A stretch of 64,000 bases of DNA from an uncultured Gemmatimonadales bacterium. Its GTDB lineage: Bacteria > Gemmatimonadota > Gemmatimonadetes > Longimicrobiales > Gaopeijiaceae. Shown piece by piece: positions 40,736 through 51,149 of this stretch. The DNA is taken from the NCBI GenBank assembly GCA_963809895.1, contig CAWELD010000003.1, positions 2,432,001 through 2,496,000 on the forward strand, given 5' to 3'. Position 1 is the first letter of the stretch, and each line of letters opens with the position of its first letter. The translations under genes were made by a program, and so were the position numbers. Under the pieces are notes generated by a model that was not told the origin of the DNA, ran no database searches, and was given only the letters and a program-made list of their open reading frames with translations.

Positions 40736-40787
40736 CTGTCCTCCCCTGTGGCCGCGCGCGGCGCGGCTCGAGGATCGCTCGCAAGCC

Positions 40788-41048
40788 TCAGGCGGCGTTT
40801 GCGCCATCCTTGGACTTGGCGGTATTCTCGGCGCCGTGCGGAATGGCCGGCTGGCAGAAACGCATTCCCACCTGATAGAGGCCTTCCAGATCGGTGTCGG
40901 TGAGATCTGGATAGCGTTCGGCGACGTAGTCGATCGTCTCGTCCATCCAGACCTTCTGGTCCTCGGGGGAGGCCTGCAGCACCCCACATCGGTTGATATG
41001 GCTGAAGAGCTCGTCACGAGCCCGATCCAGCAGTTTTTCTTTGGGCAC
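40788..41048 (-). CDS. Hypothetical small helical protein (86 aa)
   Basis: Strong RBS GGAGGT before GTG; globular composition. Confidence 0.8.
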   Translation of the reverse strand: MPKEKLLDRARDELFSHINRCGVLQASPEDQKVWMDETIDYVAERYPDLTDTDLEGLYQVGMRFCQPAIPHGAENTAKSKDGANAA

Positions 41049-41167
41049 GAGGCACCTCCCTGTATCGGCGCGGGTGGAGACTACCCTTCACCACCCGTAG
41101 CGCATTGGTACATGCTTCAGCCCGGGATTATAACGTAGCCGTCACCAACGGCCAAGCGGACTCCATC

Positions 41168-42784
41168 ATGCCCCCAACGCCGGACAGCCATCACCCCCAG
41201 GCCGTCACCCTGGAGGTCTTTCGTCATCTCTTCGCCGCCCTCGCGGAGGAGATGGGCGCAGCGCTGCGCCGCTCCGCCTTCTCCCCCAACATCAAGGAAC
41301 GCCGGGACTATTCCTGCGCCCTCTTCGACGCACGAGGACGGCCGGTGGCCCTGGGCGATCACATGCCGGTGCACCTCGGCGCCATGCCCATGAGCGTGGA
41401 GGCGGCGCTCGAGGTTCTGGGCACGCTCGCGCCCGGCGACGTCGCCCTCCTCAACGACCCGTTCCGGGGTGGCACCCACCTGCCGGACATCACCGCGGTC
41501 GCGCCGGTGTACGAGGAGGGCCGCGGCGGTCCGGACGCCCTGCTCGGCTACGTCGCCGCCCGGGCCCATCATTCGGATGTGGGCGGCATGACGCCCGGCT
41601 CCATGCCCCTGGCGCGGGAGATCGTCCAGGAAGGTCTGCGGATCCCTCCGATCCGCCTGGAAAGGGCCGGAGAGCGGGACGACGATGCCTGGCGCCTGAT
41701 CCTGGCCAATGTGCGCACCCCCGAGGAGCGCGCGGGTGACCTCGACGCCCAGATGGCGGCGCTGCACGCGGGCCGCGTCCGCCTCCTGGAGATGGTCCGC
41801 CGCCGTGGGGCCCTTGCCGTGCGCAACGCCATGGACGAGCTCATCGCCTACGCGGACCGCCTCATGGCCGCCGGGCTGGAGCGCATTCCCGACGGCCGCT
41901 ACACCGGCGCCGATGCCCTGGAGGACGACGGCTTCGGCACCGGCCCCATCCCCATCACCGTGGCGCTGACCGTGGACGGCGGCCGGGTGACGGTGGACTT
42001 CTCGGGCTCGTCGCCCCAGGTGCCGGGAGGCGTCAACGCGGTGGCAGCCATCACGGCGTCTGCGACCCGCTACGTGCTCCGGTGCGTGGTGGAGGACCTC
42101 CTGGGGGTCGCCCTCCCCGCCGGTGGCGGCTCGCTCCAGCACGTGCAGCTGGTGCTCCCCGAGCGTTCCGTGGTGAACGCCGCGCCCCCGGCCTCGGTGG
42201 CCGCCGGCAACGTGGAGACCAGCCAGCGCATCACCGACGTGCTCCTGCTGGCGTTCGGCGAGGCGCTCCCGGACCGCATGCCCGCCCTGTCCCAGGGGAC
42301 CATGAACAACACCACCGTGGGCGGCATCGATCCCCGTAGCGGGGCGCCGTTCGCCTACTACGAGACGGTGGGTGGCGGCATGGGGGCGGGACCGTCGGGA
42401 CCGGGCCTCTCGGGCGTGCACAGCCACATGTCCAACTCGCTCAACACACCGGTGGAGGCGTTGGAGCACGCCTATCCCTTCCGGATCGTCCGCTATGCCC
42501 TGCGCCACGGCTCGGGAGGCGCCGGCCTGCACCGGGGCGGCGACGGGCTCCGACGCGACCTGCGCCTCCTCACCGACGGACAGGTGACGCTCCTGAGCGA
42601 GCGCCGACGCACCGGACCCGCCGGGCGAGCCGGAGGCGAAGACGGCGCACCGGGTCGGAACGTGCACATCGTGGGTGGAGAGGAGAAATCCCTGCCCGCC
42701 AAGGTTACCTTTGACGCCCGCGCCGGCGAGGTGGTCAGCATCCGCTCGCCCGGTGGCGGCGGTTGGGGCGCACCCCCGGACTGA
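41168..42784 (+). CDS. Hydantoinase B / 5-oxoprolinase subunit B family
   Basis: [56 protein letters not shown]. Confidence 0.95.
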   Translation: MPPTPDSHHPQAVTLEVFRHLFAALAEEMGAALRRSAFSPNIKERRDYSCALFDARGRPVALGDHMPVHLGAMPMSVEAALEVLGTLAPGDVALLNDPFRGGTHLPDITAVAPVYEEGRGGPDALLGYVAARAHHSDVGGMTPGSMPLAREIVQEGLRIPPIRLERAGERDDDAWRLILANVRTPEERAGDLDAQMAALHAGRVRLLEMVRRRGALAVRNAMDELIAYADRLMAAGLERIPDGRYTGADALEDDGFGTGPIPITVALTVDGGRVTVDFSGSSPQVPGGVNAVAAITASATRYVLRCVVEDLLGVALPAGGGSLQHVQLVLPERSVVNAAPPASVAAGNVETSQRITDVLLLAFGEALPDRMPALSQGTMNNTTVGGIDPRSGAPFAYYETVGGGMGAGPSGPGLSGVHSHMSNSLNTPVEALEHAYPFRIVRYALRHGSGGAGLHRGGDGLRRDLRLLTDGQVTLLSERRRTGPAGRAGGEDGAPGRNVHIVGGEEKSLPAKVTFDARAGEVVSIRSPGGGGWGAPPD

Positions 42785-42826
42785 CCACATCGCACGCATC
42801 CGCTCCCCTCGCCCCCGCGACATCCC

Positions 42827-43261
42827 ATGAAGATCCTACTCTCGCTCGTATGCGACGAAGCCCATCAGGATCGCGAGGGACGCCTGCACGTTCGTGGGCA
42901 GTACCTGGACCTCTACGCCCCGGGCTTTCCGGCCAAGCACGACCTCACGCTGGTGGCCATCCTGGAGTGGACCCACGGCGAACAGGGGCGCTTCAACTTC
43001 ACGGTCGAGCTGGCCGGGCCTTCGGGAAAGCCCAGTCTGCGCGGGGACGGCTACACGGAGGTCGTCGCCACCGAGCCCAGGGGACCTCGTGCGCGCACGT
43101 ACTACATTCAGCCCCTCGAGGACGTGGTCTTCGCCGACCCGGGTGAATATCGCTTCCGGATCCGGGTGAAGGGGGAGTGGCACGACGGCCCCATCCTCTA
43201 TCTGTGGGAGACGCCCGACGAGTCCCGGGACTCCGGCGACGCCGGGCCGGGCGGCGCGTGA
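42827..43261 (+). CDS. DUF6941-like beta-sandwich protein
   Basis: CDEA...GRLHV.G...PGFP...F..PGEY.F pattern. Confidence 0.7.
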   Translation: MKILLSLVCDEAHQDREGRLHVRGQYLDLYAPGFPAKHDLTLVAILEWTHGEQGRFNFTVELAGPSGKPSLRGDGYTEVVATEPRGPRARTYYIQPLEDVVFADPGEYRFRIRVKGEWHDGPILYLWETPDESRDSGDAGPGGA

Positions 43262-44316
43262 CGCCAGCGGGTCTCCTCCACCCCCGGCGCAGCCGAAGGG
43301 TGGGCATCGTGCTCCTCACCGGCATCGGTGACGTGGTCCACGGGCTGCCTCTGGCCCGCGACCTCAAGCGAGAGGATCCCGGGCGTGAGGTCGTGTGGAT
43401 CGCCGAACCCGCGCCGGCACAGGTGGTCCTGCACCATCCCGACGTCGACCGGGTGGTGGTCTTCCGCAAAGACGAGGGGCTCCGGGGCGTCATGGCCGTG
43501 TTCGAGGCCTTTCGCGGCCGGAGCTGCGACCTGACCCTCAACCTCATGCGCTACGTCAAAGGGGTCTTCCCGGCCCTGGCCACCGGAGCGTCCGTGCGCC
43601 TCGGCCTCCCTCCCTCCAAGACCCGTGACGGCGTGCGCTTCTTCAACACGCATCACCTGGCGGAGACCCCCTGGTGCCACACGCAGGATCTCTTCCTGCG
43701 GTTCCGCGAGCCCCTGGGCCTCGATCCCGACGCCCCGGTGGAGTGGCGCATCACCTTCTCCGACCAGGAGCGCCGCGCGCGCGACGCCTTCTTCGAGTCG
43801 CTCCGTCGCCCGGGACGCCCGGTGGCGGGTGTGGTCCTGGCCACCGCCAACCCTTCGAAGGACTGGCCGGCGGCCCGCTATCCGGAGCTGGTGCGCCGCC
43901 TGCACGACGAAGCGGGGCTCACGCCGCTCCTGATCGGCGGCCCCTCACCGGTGGAGGCCCGGGTGGCCGAGCGCATCGTCCGTGAGTCCGGCGTCCCGGT
44001 CGAGAACGGCCTGGGAGATTCGGTGCGGGCCATGATGTGGATGGTGGACGGCGTCGACGTCCTGGTGAGCCCCGACACCGGGCCCCTCCACATCGCCCAC
44101 GCGCTGGAGACCCCGGTGGTGGGGCTGTTCGGCCACACCAACCCCTGGCGGGTGGGGCCCTGGCGCCGCTATCACGAGCTGATGGTCGATGCCTACACCG
44201 AGGCGGGCGACGCTCCGGACCCCTCGGCGTACGCCCCCAGGCACGGACGCATGGACGACATCCCCGTGGACCAGGTGATGGACAAGGTCGCCCTCGCCCG
44301 GAGGCGGTACCCGTGA
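43258..44316 (+). CDS. Glycosyltransferase family 9 (heptosyltransferase-like) #1
   Basis: GIGDVVH, KDWP, SPDTGPLHIA; GTGA overlap. Confidence 0.93.
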   Translation: MTPAGLLHPRRSRRVGIVLLTGIGDVVHGLPLARDLKREDPGREVVWIAEPAPAQVVLHHPDVDRVVVFRKDEGLRGVMAVFEAFRGRSCDLTLNLMRYVKGVFPALATGASVRLGLPPSKTRDGVRFFNTHHLAETPWCHTQDLFLRFREPLGLDPDAPVEWRITFSDQERRARDAFFESLRRPGRPVAGVVLATANPSKDWPAARYPELVRRLHDEAGLTPLLIGGPSPVEARVAERIVRESGVPVENGLGDSVRAMMWMVDGVDVLVSPDTGPLHIAHALETPVVGLFGHTNPWRVGPWRRYHELMVDAYTEAGDAPDPSAYAPRHGRMDDIPVDQVMDKVALARRRYP

Positions 44317-45095
44317 TCCCGCCGGATGGCTTCCGGGAGGTCCGCGCGGTGGGCGCCAGGGGATTCGCGCGCGCCGAGGCCGTGGAATGGATCACCTCGG
44401 CCCTGACGCGCTGGGGGAGCCTGGCGCGCGCCGGTGCCCACGCCGACGACGCGCTGGAGCTCCACGGCCGCAGCACCGTGCACGCGGTCCCGGCGCCGGA
44501 CGGCGGGCGCTGGGTCATCCGGCGCTATCGCCGCGGCGGATGGATCGCGTCGCTTCTGGACGACCGCTACCTCCGTCAGGGCACGCCGCGGCCGCTGCTG
44601 GAAACCCGCGCGAGCCAGGTCGCCCGGGGTCGCGGGGTGGCCACGCCCAAGATCATCGCCGGCGTCGTCTATCCGGGGGGACTCTTCTACCGGGCCGACC
44701 TCGTGAGCGAATACGTTCCGGACTCGCTGGACCTGGCGGAGATGCTCTTCGGAGGCGACGATGGCCGACCGGACGGAACCGATCCGGCGCTGCGCGCCGC
44801 CTGCCTGGAGGGTGCCGGGCAACTCGCGGTCCGGCTCGCGGCGGCAGGAGTGCGCCACCGCGATTTCAACGCCAAGAACGTGCTCGTGCAACTGGGAGAC
44901 GAGGCACCGCGGATGCTGGCTCTGGACCTGGACCGCGCCACCGTGCACCGTCGGGGGTCCGTGGATGCGGGGGGCATGGGGGCGAGGCTCGAACGCTCGC
45001 TGCGCAAGTTCGAGCGCCGGACCGACCGCTTCCTGCGCGAGCAGGAGTGGCAGGCCCTGGCGCGTGGCCTGGACATCAGCCCGGAGCAGCCGTGA
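44313..45095 (+). CDS. Kdo kinase / LPS kinase (KdkA-like)
   Basis: RRYRRGG, YRADL, HRDFNAKNVL, LDLDR, RLERSLRK. Confidence 0.88.
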   Translation: MIPPDGFREVRAVGARGFARAEAVEWITSALTRWGSLARAGAHADDALELHGRSTVHAVPAPDGGRWVIRRYRRGGWIASLLDDRYLRQGTPRPLLETRASQVARGRGVATPKIIAGVVYPGGLFYRADLVSEYVPDSLDLAEMLFGGDDGRPDGTDPALRAACLEGAGQLAVRLAAAGVRHRDFNAKNVLVQLGDEAPRMLALDLDRATVHRRGSVDAGGMGARLERSLRKFERRTDRFLREQEWQALARGLDISPEQP

Positions 45096-46150
45096 GCGTC
45101 GAGGAGCGAGTCTTTCCCGAAGGGCCGCCCCGGGAGATCTGCATCATGATGCTGAGCGCCATCGGCGATGCGGTCCACGTGCTGCCGGTGGCCAACGCCC
45201 TCAAGCGCCATTGGCCGGAGACCCGCATCACCTGGGTCATCCAGCCCGTCCCCCACCTGCTCGTGCGGGGTCACCCCGCCATCGATCGCTTCCTGCTCTT
45301 CCGGCGCCGGCGCGGTCTGGACGCGTGGGAGGGATTCCGGGACCTGGCCCAGCAGTATCCGCAGCGGCCCTTCGACCTGCTCCTGGCACTGCAGGTCTAC
45401 TTCAAGGCCGGCATCCTCACGGGACTGGCGCCGGCCCGGGTGAAGCTGGGCTTCGACCGCGAGCGCGCCCGCGATCTGAACTGGCTCTTCACCAACGAGC
45501 GCATCCCCTTCCACGGCCAGCATCACGTGCAGGACCAGTACCTCGAGTTCCTGGAGCACCTGGGCGTGAACCCGCACCCGGTGACGTGGGATATCCGACT
45601 CACCCCCGACGAGCGCATGGCCCAGCGCCGGTTCCTGGACGAGATGGGACGGCCGGTGTGCGCGGTGGTGGTGGGCACGTCGAAGCGGGCGAAGAACTGG
45701 AGCCCGGAGGGCTACGCCAGGGTCCTCGAGGCCCTGGAGAGTGACTTCGGACTCCGCCCCGTGCTGGTGGGAGGGCCCTCTCCGGTGGAGCGCGAGCTGG
45801 CCGATCGCATTCTCGCCCTCACGCGCGCCACCACCGTGGTGGACACGCTCGGCAACGATCTGCGCCGGCTGGTGTGGATCGTGGACGGCAGTGCCCTGGT
45901 CATCAGCCCCGACACCGGCCCGTTGCACATCGCCCGGGCGCTGGAGACCCCGGTGGTGGGGCTCTACGGCTACACGAACCCGAAACGCACGGGCCCCTGG
46001 CGCCGCTTTCAGGACCTGGTGGTGGACGGCTACGCCGCCTTTCCCGGAGAAGCCTATCCCGTGTCGCCGGAATACCGGGACGGGATGAAGCGCGTCACCG
46101 TCGAAGCGGTGCTCGACAAGGTGCAACTCGCCACGGAACGATACCTGTAG
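45092..46150 (+). CDS. Glycosyltransferase family 9 #2
   Basis: LSAIGDAVH, KNW, SPDTGPLHIA; GTGA overlap. Confidence 0.93.
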   Translation: MSVEERVFPEGPPREICIMMLSAIGDAVHVLPVANALKRHWPETRITWVIQPVPHLLVRGHPAIDRFLLFRRRRGLDAWEGFRDLAQQYPQRPFDLLLALQVYFKAGILTGLAPARVKLGFDRERARDLNWLFTNERIPFHGQHHVQDQYLEFLEHLGVNPHPVTWDIRLTPDERMAQRRFLDEMGRPVCAVVVGTSKRAKNWSPEGYARVLEALESDFGLRPVLVGGPSPVERELADRILALTRATTVVDTLGNDLRRLVWIVDGSALVISPDTGPLHIARALETPVVGLYGYTNPKRTGPWRRFQDLVVDGYAAFPGEAYPVSPEYRDGMKRVTVEAVLDKVQLATERYL

Positions 46151-46154
46151 CCCC

Positions 46155-46703
46155 TCACCAGGGCAGATACATGCGCACCGCCAGGAAGGCGAATCCCGCC
46201 ACGGCTCCCAGCAGCGCCTCGTACTCCCGGTTGCGCCGGTAGCGCGCCAGCGAGAAGCCCGCGCCACCGTCGGCCCCCGGTGCGCGGTACCGGGTCAGGC
46301 GCGGAAGCAGGAGCGGGACGTGTCTCGCATAGTGACGGTACGCGTCGCCGAAGAGCTCCTCCAGCAGCTTGGCCTCGCCACGCATGGTGCGTCCGTAGAC
46401 TACCACGAAGAAGACCAGGAAGAGACCCACGAAGAGCCAGCGCCCCCCGGCGACCGTGACCCCCAGACCCAGGAACAGGGTCCCGAGATAGAGGGGGTTA
46501 CGGGTGCGGGCGTAGGGTCCGGTGGTGGTGAGGGCCTTGTCCTTGTGGATGTGCCCGGCGGACGCCGCCCGGATCAGGAGGCCCAGGACCGCCAATCCGA
46601 CTCCCACGGTGAAGGCGGCCGGGGTCGGCCGCGCGAACCACAGGAAGGGAACGATGAGGAGCCAGACCGCCCGCAGGCGGAGCGTGCGCATGCTGATCGA
46701 CAT
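46155..46703 (-). CDS. Isoprenylcysteine carboxylmethyltransferase (ICMT/PEMT) family membrane protein
   Basis: GPYARTRNPLYLG, EAKLLEELFG.AY..Y. Confidence 0.9.
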   Translation of the reverse strand: MSISMRTLRLRAVWLLIVPFLWFARPTPAAFTVGVGLAVLGLLIRAASAGHIHKDKALTTTGPYARTRNPLYLGTLFLGLGVTVAGGRWLFVGLFLVFFVVVYGRTMRGEAKLLEELFGDAYRHYARHVPLLLPRLTRYRAPGADGGAGFSLARYRRNREYEALLGAVAGFAFLAVRMYLPW

Positions 46704-46718
46704 GGCACAAGATAGCCC

Positions 46719-47522
46719 TCAAGCGCCCGGCGTGTAGCCCTCTTCCACCTTCTTGAGGTGCAGCGAGATGGACCCGACCAGAGGAACCTCGGAGCGCATG
46801 TAGACGAGGCGGCGCTCGGCGTCGTCCGTGAAGTAGAGCTCGGCCTTGCCACCCTCGCCGAAGAGCCCGGTGGTCTTGATGATGGGCTGCACCACGATGC
46901 ACTGGAACTTCCCGGCCGGGACTTCCTTCTCTTCGCGCCGCAGGACCTTCACCACCACGGGATTGCCCTCTTCCTTGAAATAGGAGTCGAAGGTGTAGGT
47001 CTTGCCGACCTCCAGGGGAAGCGTGCGCACGAAATAGACGAAGGCGATCTCGTCCCGGGGGGCGTCTCCGGGGCTGACCCCGTCGTTGTCTTCCTCGTCG
47101 GTCCGCTCCCAGCGCTTCTCTTCGGGATAGATCGCGTATTCGCGCAGGCTCTTGTACTTGACCTCGTGGATGTCCTGCACGAACTGACGCGACGCCAGGG
47201 TGCGCACGTCCATCCAGGAATGGAGGCGATCGTGAACCTGCACGGCCCCGAAGAACGCGCTCCCGTCCAGGTCCATGCTCACGTGGTACGTGGGCAGGCC
47301 GCGGATGTCCTCGACGCCGTGAACCGTCATGTGGCCTTCACCCACGCTGAAGACGCCCAGCTTCACCTGATACGTCAGACGCTCGCCGACCTCGAAGGGC
47401 ATGGTGGGCGGAGCGGTGGGCTTCACGTCCGTGGGCAGCTGGACTCGCTGCATCTCCTGGGCCCCCGCCACGCCGTGGCCGGCGAGGGTCAGCAGGATCG
47501 CCAGCAGGGTCGTCCGGGTCAT
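46719..47522 (-). CDS. DUF3108-like exported protein
   Basis: Signal peptide; GERLTY; EEKEVPAGKF. Confidence 0.8.
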   Translation of the reverse strand: MTRTTLLAILLTLAGHGVAGAQEMQRVQLPTDVKPTAPPTMPFEVGERLTYQVKLGVFSVGEGHMTVHGVEDIRGLPTYHVSMDLDGSAFFGAVQVHDRLHSWMDVRTLASRQFVQDIHEVKYKSLREYAIYPEEKRWERTDEEDNDGVSPGDAPRDEIAFVYFVRTLPLEVGKTYTFDSYFKEEGNPVVVKVLRREEKEVPAGKFQCIVVQPIIKTTGLFGEGGKAELYFTDDAERRLVYMRSEVPLVGSISLHLKKVEEGYTPGA

Positions 47523-48274
47523 GCCGCCTCCCCGTCTTCCGCGTCCCAGAGACGCCGGCTCCGCAGCCCCAGAAGCGCGCGCAGCGTCCGGAAGGCCTTG
47601 AAGCGCGAGGTGCGCGCGTGCAGGGGGTAGCGCAGCCCCAGCTCCACATCCTCGATGCGGCGGGCGTGCCGCGCCACGCTACCCAGCAGCTCCAGGCTGG
47701 CGGCCCAGGGCTCCGGCGACGCACACAGCGCCTCGTCTTCACGAAGCGCCTTCTTGAGAACCACGATGCGGTAGGCCCGGAACCCGCACAGGGGATCGGC
47801 CACCGGGGCACCTCCGTGGGTGCGTCCCAGAACCCACGGCGCCAGCCGGTGCGCCCAGTGCAGAGAGCGGTGGTCGCCGACGCCGGGCCGCTCGTGGGCA
47901 CCAGCGACGATGTCCGCCCCACCCTCCAGCGTCTTGACGAGGTCCACGACATGGCCGGGGTCTTCGGAGAAGTCGGCCTGCAGCACCACGGCGGCGTCTC
48001 GCTTCGGATAGGGCGCCACCCGCACCGCCTCCCGCAGGAGCCGGTCGACGGCCCGGCCGTATCCCAGCCGCTGCTCGGACCGGATTACGGTGAGGGGAAG
48101 GTGGTCGCGGTAGCGCCCCAGGACCTCCGGCGTGTCGTCACCGGAGGCGTCGTCCAGAACCAGGACGTGGAAGTCGCGCTGGAACTCCGGGTCCGTCAGG
48201 ACCTTGCGCAGCTTCCACAGGACCGGCCCCAGAGTGGATGCCTCGTCGTGGACGGGAAGACAGATATAGATCAC
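47519..48274 (-). CDS. Glycosyltransferase family 2
   Basis: CLPVHDE, VLDDASGD, GYG, QAD, DPLCGFRAY. Confidence 0.88.
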   Translation of the reverse strand: MIYICLPVHDEASTLGPVLWKLRKVLTDPEFQRDFHVLVLDDASGDDTPEVLGRYRDHLPLTVIRSEQRLGYGRAVDRLLREAVRVAPYPKRDAAVVLQADFSEDPGHVVDLVKTLEGGADIVAGAHERPGVGDHRSLHWAHRLAPWVLGRTHGGAPVADPLCGFRAYRIVVLKKALREDEALCASPEPWAASLELLGSVARHARRIEDVELGLRYPLHARTSRFKAFRTLRALLGLRSRRLWDAEDGEAA

Positions 48275-48388
48275 GGGGTTCGCTGACGTTCGGGGACGGG
48301 ACGCCGGACGTGGAGGCGCGGGCCGGCCTACTTCGATATATACGGAGAAGGCCAGCCCCCGGTTCCTGGCCCGGACCGGGTGCGAAGC

Positions 48389-49303
48389 CTACGCGCCCGC
48401 CGGTGCGGCGGGGGGCGGGCGCGTCTTCCAGCGCTTGTGCTGCCAGAAGTACTGTTCGGGAGCCGATCGCACCCAGCGCTCCAGGGCCCGGGTGTGGGCG
48501 GCCGTGAGGGCCTCCACGTCTCGCTCCAGGTCTCCGGTGGGCGTGATGGCCACCTCTTCCAGGACGACGCGGTACTGATGACGCTCGCCGTCCACGCGGA
48601 GCGCGATGCCCAGGAAGAGGGGGGCCCCGGTGCGCAGCGCGAAGAGCGCCGGCCCGCGATAGGTGGACGCCAGGCGGCCGAAGAACTCCACGAAGACGCC
48701 GGCGGCCCGGGCGTTCTGGTCGGCCACCAGGGCGGCCACGCGCCCGGCGTGGAGCGAGCGCAGCACTTCGCGTGGCGCGGCACCCCGTGCCACGACCCGC
48801 ATGCCCAGGCGGGCCCGGGCCTCCACCAGGTCCTGATCGAAGAGGCGGTTCCCCTGCACCAACGCCACCGCGTCGACGGGAATGCCCCGTACCGCCAGCG
48901 CGGCGCCGCCGATCTCCCAGTTTCCCAGGTGGCCGGTGACCACGATGGCGCCCCCGGCTTGGTCGAGAGATCGGCGCAGCGCATCCAGCCCCTCCACCCG
49001 GGTCACGCGCTCCACCCGCTCCCGGTCTCCACCGCCCAGGCGGAAGGTGGCCACCGCCTCGCGCCCCAGATGCCGGTAGCTGGCCCGGGCCACCCGACGA
49101 CGCCACCCCGGCGACCGGTCCGGAAACGCCGCGGCCAGGTTGTCGTCCACCACGGCGCGGCGGATCCTGAGCACGACCCCGGCCTTCCACCCGAGCAGGG
49201 CCCCGAAGCCCAGGGCGACCGACTCGGGGAGCAGTCGCAGCGTGCCACGCAGGAGCCGGAAGCCGGCGTACTCCAGCCGGTGCCGCAGGGTGGGGGGCTT
49301 CAG
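48389..49303 (-). CDS. Lipid A late acyltransferase (LpxL/HtrB family), probable CTG start
   Basis: GHLGNWE, LVADQ, FFG, PEQYFWQHKRWK; N-terminal anchor RHRLEYAGF... extends to the CTG at 49303. Confidence 0.9.
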   Translation of the reverse strand: MKPPTLRHRLEYAGFRLLRGTLRLLPESVALGFGALLGWKAGVVLRIRRAVVDDNLAAAFPDRSPGWRRRVARASYRHLGREAVATFRLGGGDRERVERVTRVEGLDALRRSLDQAGGAIVVTGHLGNWEIGGAALAVRGIPVDAVALVQGNRLFDQDLVEARARLGMRVVARGAAPREVLRSLHAGRVAALVADQNARAAGVFVEFFGRLASTYRGPALFALRTGAPLFLGIALRVDGERHQYRVVLEEVAITPTGDLERDVEALTAAHTRALERWVRSAPEQYFWQHKRWKTRPPPAAPAGA

Positions 49304-51129
49304 GACCGTTCCTCGAACTGGAGCTCGTAGAGCCGTCGGTAGACGCCGGCCTCGGCCAGCAGAGTCTCGTGGCGCCCCCGCTCCACGATGTGACCGTCGT
49401 CCAGCACCACGATCTGGTCGGCCCGTTGGATGGTGGACAGTCGGTGGGCGATCACGAACACGGTGCGTCCCTGGAGAAGGCGCTCGATGGCGTCCTGGAC
49501 CAGGCGCTCGGACTCGGTGTCCAGCGCGCTGGTGGCCTCGTCGAAGATGAGGATCGGCGGGTCGCGCAGCAGCGCCCGGGCGATGGCGATGCGCTGGCGC
49601 TGTCCGCCGGAAAGCTCGGTGCCGCGCTCGCCCACGACGGTGTCGTAGCCGGCGGGCAGCGCCGAGATGAACCCGTGGGCGTTGGCGGCCCGGGCGGCGC
49701 GCTCCACCGCGTCGGCGTCGGCGTCGGGCCGGCCGTAGGCGATGTTGGCGCGCACGGTGTCGTGGAAGAGGACCGTCTCCTGCGAAACGATGCCCAGCGC
49801 GGCCCGCAGCGATGCGATGGCGATGTCCCGGATGTCCACGCCGTCGACGGTGATCCGGCCCTCGCTCACCTCGTAGAAGCGCCCCAGGAGATCCACCATG
49901 GTGGTCTTGCCCGCGCCCGAAGGCCCCACGAGCGCCACCACGCTTCCCCGCGGCACCGTGAGGTCCACCCCGGCGAGGACCGGCTCGCCGGGACGGTAGG
50001 AGAAGGAGACGTCCTCGAATCGGATCTCCTCCTCCAGGCCGGGAAAGGACCGGGCGTGCTCCCGGTCGCGGATCTCCACCGGCGCGTCCAGGAACTCGAA
50101 GACCCGTTCCGCCCCCACCAGCCCCGGCTGCACCAGCGCCGGGAACTTGGCCACGTACTTCACGGGCGCGTAGAGCTTGAGGCTGAGCCCCAGGAAGCCC
50201 ACGAAGGCGGCGCTGCTCAGGACCTGGTCCACCAGCACCAGGCGGGCGCCGTACCAGAGGATCACCACCGTGCCCACCGCCGCCAACATCTCGGTGAGGG
50301 GCGCGGCCAGCGCCCTCAGGCGCTCGGTGCGGACGAAGGTCCGGAAATAGTCACCGGTGAGCCCGTGGAAGCGGCCTCGCTCCATGTCCTCGGCGCCCGA
50401 CGACTTCACCAGCCGGATGCCCGACAGCGTCTCCTGGATGTGCGCGTTCACCTCGCCCGCGAGGTTGAGGACCCGCCGGTCGCCCCGCCGCAGCCGCTTC
50501 ACCAGCGGACCCCAGATGGCCATGGTCCCGGGAATCACGACGAAGGCCGCCAGCGTGAGCTTCCACGACACGGCGACCATGAAGGTCACCGCCGCGGCGA
50601 ACTCGAACACCGACGACAGGATCTTGGCCAGCTCCTTGGTGAGGAGCGTGCGCAGCTGCTCCACGTCGTGGGTCAGCCGCGACACGATCTGGCCCATGCG
50701 GGTGCGGCCGAAGAAGGCCAGGTCCAGGTCCAGGAGGTGGTCGTAGACCTGATCGCGGAGGTCCCGGGTCACACCCTGCTCCACCCGGGCCACCAGATAG
50801 GCGCGGGCGAAGTCGAAGACGTTCTTGAGGGCGAAGACCACCACGATCATGAGGATGATCCCCTGAACCGCGTCCAGGGGATTGCCGGACAGATCGACCA
50901 CCTTGTAGACGGTGGCGTCCAGGAAGCGGTCCATGAGGCTCGCCCCGCCTGCGCCCCCGCCGGGCAGCGTGCTGGTCGAGCCGCCGTTGAAGAGGGCGGA
51001 CACGAAGGGGATGAGCAGCACGTACGAGAAGGCGTCCAGCGACGCGAAGGCGACCGTAGCCACCACCGATGCCAGAAAGACCGGCAGGTGGGGACCGAGA
51101 TAGCGCAGGATACGGCCGTAGAGCTTCAA
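49300..51129 (-). CDS. msbA: MsbA-like ABC transporter (fused permease/ATPase)
   Basis: TM domain plus GPSGAGKT, LSGGQRQR, DEATSALD, IAHRLST; TTG start after GGAG; lpxL adjacent. Confidence 0.82.
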   Translation of the reverse strand: MKLYGRILRYLGPHLPVFLASVVATVAFASLDAFSYVLLIPFVSALFNGGSTSTLPGGGAGGASLMDRFLDATVYKVVDLSGNPLDAVQGIILMIVVVFALKNVFDFARAYLVARVEQGVTRDLRDQVYDHLLDLDLAFFGRTRMGQIVSRLTHDVEQLRTLLTKELAKILSSVFEFAAAVTFMVAVSWKLTLAAFVVIPGTMAIWGPLVKRLRRGDRRVLNLAGEVNAHIQETLSGIRLVKSSGAEDMERGRFHGLTGDYFRTFVRTERLRALAAPLTEMLAAVGTVVILWYGARLVLVDQVLSSAAFVGFLGLSLKLYAPVKYVAKFPALVQPGLVGAERVFEFLDAPVEIRDREHARSFPGLEEEIRFEDVSFSYRPGEPVLAGVDLTVPRGSVVALVGPSGAGKTTMVDLLGRFYEVSEGRITVDGVDIRDIAIASLRAALGIVSQETVLFHDTVRANIAYGRPDADADAVERAARAANAHGFISALPAGYDTVVGERGTELSGGQRQRIAIARALLRDPPILIFDEATSALDTESERLVQDAIERLLQGRTVFVIAHRLSTIQRADQIVVLDDGHIVERGRHETLLAEAGVYRRLYELQFEERS

Positions 51130-51149
51130 GCAGTCTCCGGGTGCGACGA

